DNA of 64,000 nt from Podarcis erhardii. Lineage: Eukaryota. Under the pieces are notes generated by a model, which did no database searches, was not told where the DNA came from, and worked only from the letters and a program-made list of their open reading frames with translations. This document shows, one piece after another, positions 53,975 through 62,900 of this stretch. A program made the translations under genes and the position numbers. Each line of letters begins with the position of its first letter. Positions within the stretch are counted from its first letter, which is position 1. The stretch lies in NCBI GenBank assembly GCA_964252035.1, contig OZ176200.1, one strand, 5' to 3'.

Positions 53975-56900
53975 CTAGTGTATGTTACACTTCTTGGTTA
54001 TTTTAAAAGTTAGAAAACCATACTGCTTGTAAGAAAATGTTCTCCTGGTTGATTATTTTGCTTTTGGATTCAGTGTGTTGACAGCTCTGACATTCGGCAT
54101 CCATGCATTTTAAACCCACTCAGAGAACCATTTGCCAAGAAAGAATGTGGAATACTCTTAAGTGAAATATTTGAGTCTTGCCATCCAGTGGTAAGTAGCC
54201 ACTCATGCATAATGATAATTCTTAAGGTTTTTAATGTATAGCTCCTGAATTCCATATTAGAATAATGTAGAACTCTGATCCTGCATTTACAGTTTGATCA
54301 TAAAGTCTGTTGCATTTAGGATGGGCAGGAAGAACAACCACAGTGACAATGCTAACTGGGTTCTATATAGCTACCTGTAAGACTGATGGTTCAGGAACAC
54401 TAATGAGTTTGTAGTCCCCACCCGGAATTTGTGTTGACCTGTGGGGGTGACAGTTCATACAACCAGTGTCTGAACACAAATTGTGGCACTGCATGCTCAC
54501 CTACCAATATAAAGACATCAATTCGCATAAAAAGTGTTTCTACGTTATCTTGGTGAGGTTCCAAACCTGCTGGCAGTGATCACATTGTGCTGACAGTGTG
54601 TGCAGTCTTCACCTGAAGCAATTAGGTGAAGCAATTATTTTCCTCTCTTCCCATTCCATGATCCTGAGCAGTTACTACCAGTTACTGCTATTTTTAGAAC
54701 TGCAAGGAAGATGTTCCCAACATAGAATAATCTTAACTGTGGAATGTGAAATGTTTGCAGCGATCAGATATAGCAGCATATAGCACCAATATATAGCACA
54801 GTACAATGGTGTAGCATCATTGACTGATGAATTGATAGTGCCAGGAACAAGGTATTACCAAGTTGTGGCACAGGGAAGAAAAGAAAAAGGTTATTTCATT
54901 GTTAAATCTGAGCCAGTTTTAACTATCATAAATGTTGTATATAAATGCTAGGAGGCCAATAAATTCTACATATTAGTTCATATTTATTTACAATATAGAA
55001 ACTTTGGGAAGGATGCATGAGGCTCTGGCAGGGTCCTGGAGTCCTCCTATTTCTTTCCCAAAGCTGGAAAAGTGCTAACTAGGGAAGTAGGGAGAAGGAC
55101 TCTAGGTCCCTATTCTTATGAAAGCCCAGTGCCTTGCTTACCTGTGAAGGCTGGGAGTGTCAAATGTTGCAAAACAACAGGGCATATATGAAAGGACATA
55201 GTGATGAACTTGTTTAATACAAATCAACAGTAAATGCTGCGTGCCAGAATCCTTTGGAACTTGCTTTTTAGATTTCTGTGGCTCTGTGCTGAAAACACAT
55301 TGGGTTGCCAATGTTTGTGTAGGTAATGATATGTTACAGTAATAATTATCTTCTTCAGGTTGATGTCACCTGGTTTTATTCAAACTGTTTGACAGACACA
55401 TGTGGTTGTAACCAGGGAGGGGATTGTGAGTGTTTCTGCACAAGTGTTTCAGCCTATGCACATCAATGTTGTCAACAAGGAGTTACAGTAGACTGGAGAT
55501 CTCTAAGATTGTGTCGTAAGTATGCTTAAATATTCTTTGCATGCTGAAATAGAATGCAATAATTTGTGTCTGCACCTAGCTTTAATTACTGCAATGTGTG
55601 CATTACTAATTTGCTAGTGAGAAAATCTAGGCATTTATGGATTCCCTATTCCTTTTGCAGAAGAAAATTGAACTGATACCCTGTTCTGTAGCCTTTTTAC
55701 TCCTAGGCCAGGTTTTCAATCAATTCCAGTGCCAGGGATGGATCTGTTTTTATAGCTTCCTATTGAGTCATGGCAGTCTAGAATTTTATCTCTTCTGCTG
55801 TCTTTCTCTAGAATTTACAAACCACTCAATCTCTGCTGGTCATCCTAGTTAAGTGAGCCATCCTCCCTGCAGTGAGATCCAGGCTTAGTGGGACATTGTT
55901 GTGTTGAAGGAGTATTGGTGCTTAAAGAATTCTCTCAACTGGTAGTGAGTGAAAGGCAAAAAGCTCTACTTTTTTTTCCATTTAAGCAGAAGTACAAGAA
56001 GTGTGAATGATTCAGATTTCTTTCTGGTCTTTTAAAGTTAAGTTCAAAGCTGGGCATTATGCATTTGCTCTAGAAGATGCAAAAGCTGTTGTATTCACAT
56101 CAATTTCTCATCTCTGCAGGAAAGATGTACAAAGATGTATGACCAAGCTTATTCTTATCCACTAGAGGTCACACAAGGATAAGCATCTGCTCATTGCAGC
56201 TGATACTTCATTCTGTATCAGATTTATTAGTCAGTAGTATGTGAGTTTTTAATTAATTTGCCAGGCTTAATTTCTCTTCCCAGTCTGAATAAAAATGGAA
56301 TGTGATTGTGCAAATATGCCCATATGTATACAGAACATACTGCCAGTTGTGTTCCAGATTTATATTGCTCACTGTTTCCTTTCCTTTCCTTTAGCGTATG
56401 ATTGTGAATATATCAATAAAGGTAAGCAAATCATGGGGAACTGATGATAAAACAGTTCAGTATTTTTCTGTCCACTTTTAATAAAATAACATCTTCATAT
56501 CTAGTTTTATCAAAGCAGCATTCATTACTGTTTAAACATACAGGTACGGTTCTGATTAACCTTGAAATGTATGCCAGGATCAAATGTGGATCAAATTTAT
56601 ATCTGGTCCACATAATTATTCCATACATTTGAGAGCGAGTTGCACTCCTGCACTCTCCATCTAATATCTCACATTCTGAACAGTATTTCTAAGGCAGAGG
56701 AGATTATGAAGGTAATAAAAGAATGTAGTAGATTACCATGCTTGTTCCTCCTGTGTGTGCCTCAGCACTTGAAAGCTTTCTGTGAGTTAGAGACCTGCAC
56801 TTGCCACTTGGATATGACTTCAAGATTTGGTACAGGTGCATCTTTCCTGGAATGGTCATAAAACAGTCAAGAATGGCCAAATCCAGAATTTTGCCTCCTT

Positions 56901-59900
56901 CTGCCTCTCCTGTTATTTGCCTAATATTTACTATCAAGTTTTATCAAGTATCATGTTTAATACTGTACCGTCTAATACTGCTGCATCATGATTCCATATC
57001 TTAGAATTACTAGTTACTACTATTTGTACCACTGTTTGTTACTACTAGTACTACACCTTGGAATAAAAATGTAAGAAAATAAACAAAATAGAATAAAATA
57101 GTTGCATTTCCCAACTCACAGCAGAAAATGTTCAGATGTAATGTGCACTTGCCAGAGATATACTCTGTGTTTTTTCCCCTGAAGGGCCTCAAGAGGGAGC
57201 TAATTTGCAAGCTTTGATAATTGTTAGTCTCTCCCTAGCTGTTATTACTATATTCGGATTCATTATTGGTGTAAGAAATCAACAACGCATCACTTTCTCT
57301 TGTACAAAACGAAACTGTCCATGTTTGGCATATTTATGTATTTTAGATATATTTTTATAGAGTCCAAAGCAATCTTTACAGCCATAGGTAATGGGGGGGG
57401 GATCTAAAAAAGTCAGGTTGAAATTGTTTTAGTTTTCCATTCCTTTAAGACTTCTTTTGAGTTTTCCTCAGATAATATTGAGATTGTTCTAAACATATGA
57501 ATGTGTGCAGTAAAACTACAGTGAGGGTCTAAAGTCTTCTTTTGTTGTGTACCAGACAGGATGGGTGCTAAGTACCAGCTCCACTTCCCTCTGAAGGGGA
57601 TAGGAAATGCTTAGTTGCCATGAATTTTGATTCAATATTGCTTGAATATACTAGGTTGGATCCAAATACTTCCTTCCGTCAATGGAAAATGTCCTTCCTT
57701 CAGGTTTCCCATTGGAGGAAGACACTTTCTATTAGAGGAAGGGACATTCGGATCCAATTCATTATTTTGCATATATTCATTTTTGCATATATTCAATTAC
57801 ATCCTGCCTTCTGATAGTCTGGCAGCAAATTTTTATTGATAAGCTGCATGCTTTTTACAAAATTCACTATACATTTTGATTTATAGTACTTACTGAGCAA
57901 TCTAAATGCCCTTTACAGCAGGCTGCAGTACAGTAGCTTGGAATGAGTGGAGGTGTTCCTCTGCTCAGCTTTCCCTGCTAAAACAGCCACTGTTGGCCCC
58001 CCTTCTCCTCACAGAACATGCAGGCAGGTGGGAAGTCCATTGGTTGCTGCTCCCACTATCAGGAGTCTGTGGAACACTCTCCTCCCTGAATCTGGGCATG
58101 GGGCTGAATCTGGGGTGGGGCTGAGTTGATCTGGTCTATGATGGATCCCAAACCAGTATCACTGCCATTATGTTGACAGCACTGGGCCTGATCACAGTGC
58201 TAGCCTGGGTCTGCAATAGTACATCAGATATGGTCCCTTTTTTTCATGTAACATCTTTGGGGATGTCTGCATAAATTATAGGTGCTCTGAAATAATGGAC
58301 TAACGTTACTTAGGTATTGACCTAAGTAACGTTAGTCCATTATTTCAGAGCACCTATAATATTAGGGGTCCACTATTAGGGTCCACTAAGCATATGACTT
58401 AATATTGGATATCACCCCCTGCATAATATTAGGGTCCACTAAGCATATGACTTAATATTGGATATCACCCCCTGCATTTTAATTTGATAAAGGTCTGCAT
58501 GCTGGACTTAAGTTAGCTATTGTCATATGTATCTGGGGTGCTGTGAAATTTTTTCACAGTTAGCGGGATGGGTGGGACAAATTAGCCCCAGATGATTCAT
58601 GCTGTCTGAAGCAAATTATCCATGCCCCATCCTTTCAACTCTTCATCACAAAGATCCTAGGGGCTCAAATAAAATGTCCTTTAGGGTACATAAATCTCCA
58701 GAGCAAGTCCATTCTCCTTTAGGTCTTCAGGCTCAGGAGAAACAACAGAATGTTATTGCCAAAATCCAAAGGTAGCTCTAAGATATGCACAAGCCCAACC
58801 CTTGGCCCCTACTAGCTGTGGGAGGTAGATGACAATCTTTCCACAAGCCCAAGCTTTTCTTAAAACCTTTGGTGACCCTCCCTGCCTGCAGGGTCTGACT
58901 CTTGCCCTCGAATTGGTTCCATTTTTTGGTATCCAATGCATTTACACACTAGCAGCCCACTATAATAATGTTTGTGTTTGGGGTGGAAATGATTGTTTTC
59001 AGGCCCCCCCCCCATCTATATGAGCACTGGGCTTTAACATAGGGAAGAACTCTAACGCGGATACTTTCCTCCTGACAGAGGGAGAAAAGGTTGAAACAAA
59101 TCATTTTTGAAGCTGAGCTTGCAAACATTGCACATCTCTAACAGCTTTTACGTGACTCATAGTTCTGATGTCATTTGATGGTGGTGTTTTCTTTGCCACT
59201 GTACAAACTGACCAATAAACATGTGCGATACAAGCATTTGTGGCATTCAACAGGAAATGTAACCTTGCCTTCTCTTGACAGTTCTGGGAAAGGGCCCCTA
59301 CAAGCTGGTCAGCTTCTTGGACAGAGAAATTGCAATTGGAGCCAAGCTGTTGGATGGTTCTGTTTTTCCAGCAAGAGGAGATGCTATTGCTCCTGGAGAT
59401 GCAGTACACTTTATGCTGACATCGGGACTGTATAAGCCAAAAGCACATGGTAAACTCACTGTCGCTGCAAAATATCTAGAAAATTAGCAAAGGCAATGCT
59501 TATTTCAGATGCATCTTTCTTTCAAGTACAGTGGTACCTCAGGTTACATACACTTCAGATTACATATGCTTCAGGTTACAGACTCCGCTAACCCAGAAAT
59601 AGTGCTTCAGGTTAAGAACTTTGCTTCAGGATGAGAACAGAAATCGTGCTCTGGTGGCGCAGTGGCTGCAGGAGGCCCCATTAGCTAAAGTGGTGCTTCA
59701 GGTTAAGAAGAGTTTCAGGTTAAGAACGGACCTCTGGAACGAATTAAGTGCTTAACTCGAGCTACCACTGTACCAGACACAAACAATGGGGAAATGGTAT
59801 TATTTTCATATCCTTTTTCAGTGTTCCCCCCCCCCCCCCCAGCAAGGCAGTCCTTCCTTAGTAGGCAGCATGGATTCTGGCTGCATCAGAATGTAGGAAG

Positions 59901-62900
59901 TTTTGTAGAAGGAGCATTAAACCTCACTCTACATCTATCAGTAGGTTCTCAACAAGAAGGCTATCTACCAAAATCTCTATCCAATGAGTGGATCTTTACA
60001 AGGTGATTGCTGATTTATAAATAGTCCGACACTTCAGCTTTTCAGATCAACAAATTTGTAGACCCAGCAGTCCTTATCTTCCCTGTGGCAGGAACAGAGG
60101 TAGAAAAGCATGGGAGGAAGTCTGGAAACAGGCAGCCAGCTGTAGAATTAGTGAGTTACAAATGGTTAGGTCAGCTGAGTTCACATTATGGTTGGTTGGC
60201 AGGTGGTGGGACTGTAGTTAAGTGGGAAACCACAAGTGTAAAGAGGTTTTTAGGATTACTTCCTACACCACCTTTCATTATTTGAGTTTTTAAAACATGC
60301 GTGAGTAAGCAATCAGATAACAGAAAAAAAGTGAGTGATGTGTGAATGATGTGAGAGATGATTTTGGAGTTTCTTGATGGTTGTTTAGCCAGATATCTAC
60401 TCCACTTTAGAATTGAATGTGTGGTTTTTTGTACTTTACAAAGATTATTTTCTTCAACCATTTTTTTAATTTAATTTTTTTTAAAAAAATTAGTTTTTGC
60501 TTCCTTATTTAGAAATGAGAAAGCAAACAAGCCAATGTGGTCTGTGGAGTAAATGGAACTTTAAAAAAAAAAAAAACAAAGTCTAAAACTGTTATTGAAA
60601 TAACTAATAGAAGATAGTAGTGTAATAAAGGAAAGATTAAGGAAGCATATTGTTAAAAATTGTGTAAATGGCATCCAATTTGGATAAAACATAAGAAAAT
60701 GAAAGCCATTTGTTTATTTGCCCATTATTATCAATCTGACAAAGTACTGAATCTTCTGAAGCAAAACTCTTATTTGAGTTCCTGCTGAGGTGAAAGTTCA
60801 AAGTGCCAAACTGAAGTGACCTACTGTCCAAAGTTGTGAAGTGGATTGCAAAACATCCCCTTTCCTTCAGTGGACATCTGTATTGCTGGATTTTATCGGG
60901 AAATCATCTTCATGAAATTAGCATATGGATGTTCACATATGCAGACTTTATTTATATGTTATGGCTTTATGTGGCTGTCCCACTATATCTTCATGTGGGG
61001 CAATTATGCTAGGTGGTCAGAGAAGGGCAGGTATACTCTCACTCCCTTCCATGTGCATTGTCTGAGGTGACTCTTTGAGTTCACCAATGCTTATTGAAAC
61101 TTAATGAAATTGTTACAAGAATTAGCTATTGGTAGTTTACACTGGTATTGCTAGTTTTCTCGCTACTGTGTGTATGGAAGAAAATGTCAGTGCCTTTGGT
61201 GCAATTATGATTCACACAATAAATGTTGTCATCTTGGAAAATTAGACAGTATTCCCGAGTAATGAACTGTGCATCACACAACATCTGTTTAACAGAGATT
61301 ATTTGTTCTCTCTGCAGGATTTTTAAAGAAACATTATCCAGCCCTGAGGGGGGACAGTTGATTTTACAGTAGTTTTATGGTTATTTTAAGCAAAATAACA
61401 CAATGTACAGTGAAATAATATTTGGAACAACAGATGCTCATCTGAGTCTCAGTTCTGTCACCCTTTTAGTGAGCGTTACTTTACCCTACAATTAAATCTG
61501 CTCTCAGCGTCTCTGTATTTTGAAGACCCGTTGAAAATTCCAGAGTAAAAATATGGCTAACGCATAGAATTGCTTGTTGCGGACATGTTTTCTGGGATAA
61601 GGTGGCCAATTGATGAGGGAAAAACTGAAAAACAAGAACCTACAGTACAAATGTTGCTTTCTTGATATTTTTGTGAATAAGGGTTTGGTGGGAGGTATTT
61701 CCTGGGCATTGGGGAGAGCAAGTTTAATGAAAAATATAACTTGTTAAACACCATTTGTCTTATGGAATTAGAATGTTCTCTGAAAAATGTAGTGTTTCGA
61801 AATTCCTCAGTCTATAGTTTCAGAAACTCCTCTGTTTACAACAATAGCCCTATTCAGTCATGTACTTAGCAGGAGTGTGCAGCGGCCACAAGTTCTGCCT
61901 TGTATCCATAGCATTTAGAAGCAGCCTGATCTGTTTTGGATCTGATCTTTGTCATTCTGATTTGACTCATTATTCTGGTCCAGATCTGATCTCTTAAACC
62001 AGAGGTGTTATTTTTTTCTCTTTTGACTATTATGGGAGATCTAAAAATAGCTATAGCTTTTTCCTTTTCACATAAAAAGGCAAAGAAGAATTTGAAGGCA
62101 AAGAAGCTACTCCAGATTTCAGGCTGAGTCATCCTGGGGTTTTCATGCAGAAAACCTTTATTTATTTATTTGATGTCTTTTTTATTTTTTTACTATATTT
62201 TTTAGATGCAAACTGAAGATATAGCAACCCCCTCCTGAGAGGATGAAGCCCACCAGTTTTCAGAAAGATAGTTGCACCAGTTCTCCCACAAAGGCAGACT
62301 CTGTTATTTTGGACTGGGAAAGTAGAAATCACATTCCTCCCCTAGCTTTTTTTTGGGGGGGGGGCATATGTAATCGGTTTAGAAATTGGTGACAAGAGGA
62401 AGGTGTCCCCAGGTAAGAAACCTGCAAAATTTCAGAAAAGTAAGTGTAAGAGCTATCATGATCCACCTATACCCTCCCTTGTTAATGGTGAATGGTGCTA
62501 TCCAGCTTAACAGCATGAAAGACTGCCCCAAATCAAGCCAATCTGTTTCGTTATTCACAGGACAGACAGATCTGACACATCCCCACCCCAGTATTTAGCC
62601 TTGTCCCACAAGTCACATGATTTCCACCACTTTTGCTGTTATCACATGGGCAAATAACTCCCGAAGCAGGTATCTGTTCTGTGTGTAAAGACTCCCTGCA
62701 CAATTTAGTATTCTGAGGTGCAAGGAAACTTGACGTGGGGAAAAGGCTGCCTGCTTCATAAGAAATGCCCCAACACAGTGATTGCAATAATAAATAATAA
62801 TAAATTTTATTTATAGCAGTGGGAAGAACTCTGTGATTTTGAACATCAAACTAAACAGGCACCCCCACAGTCCCTTCTACTAGGCTTGCTCTCTCTTCAA

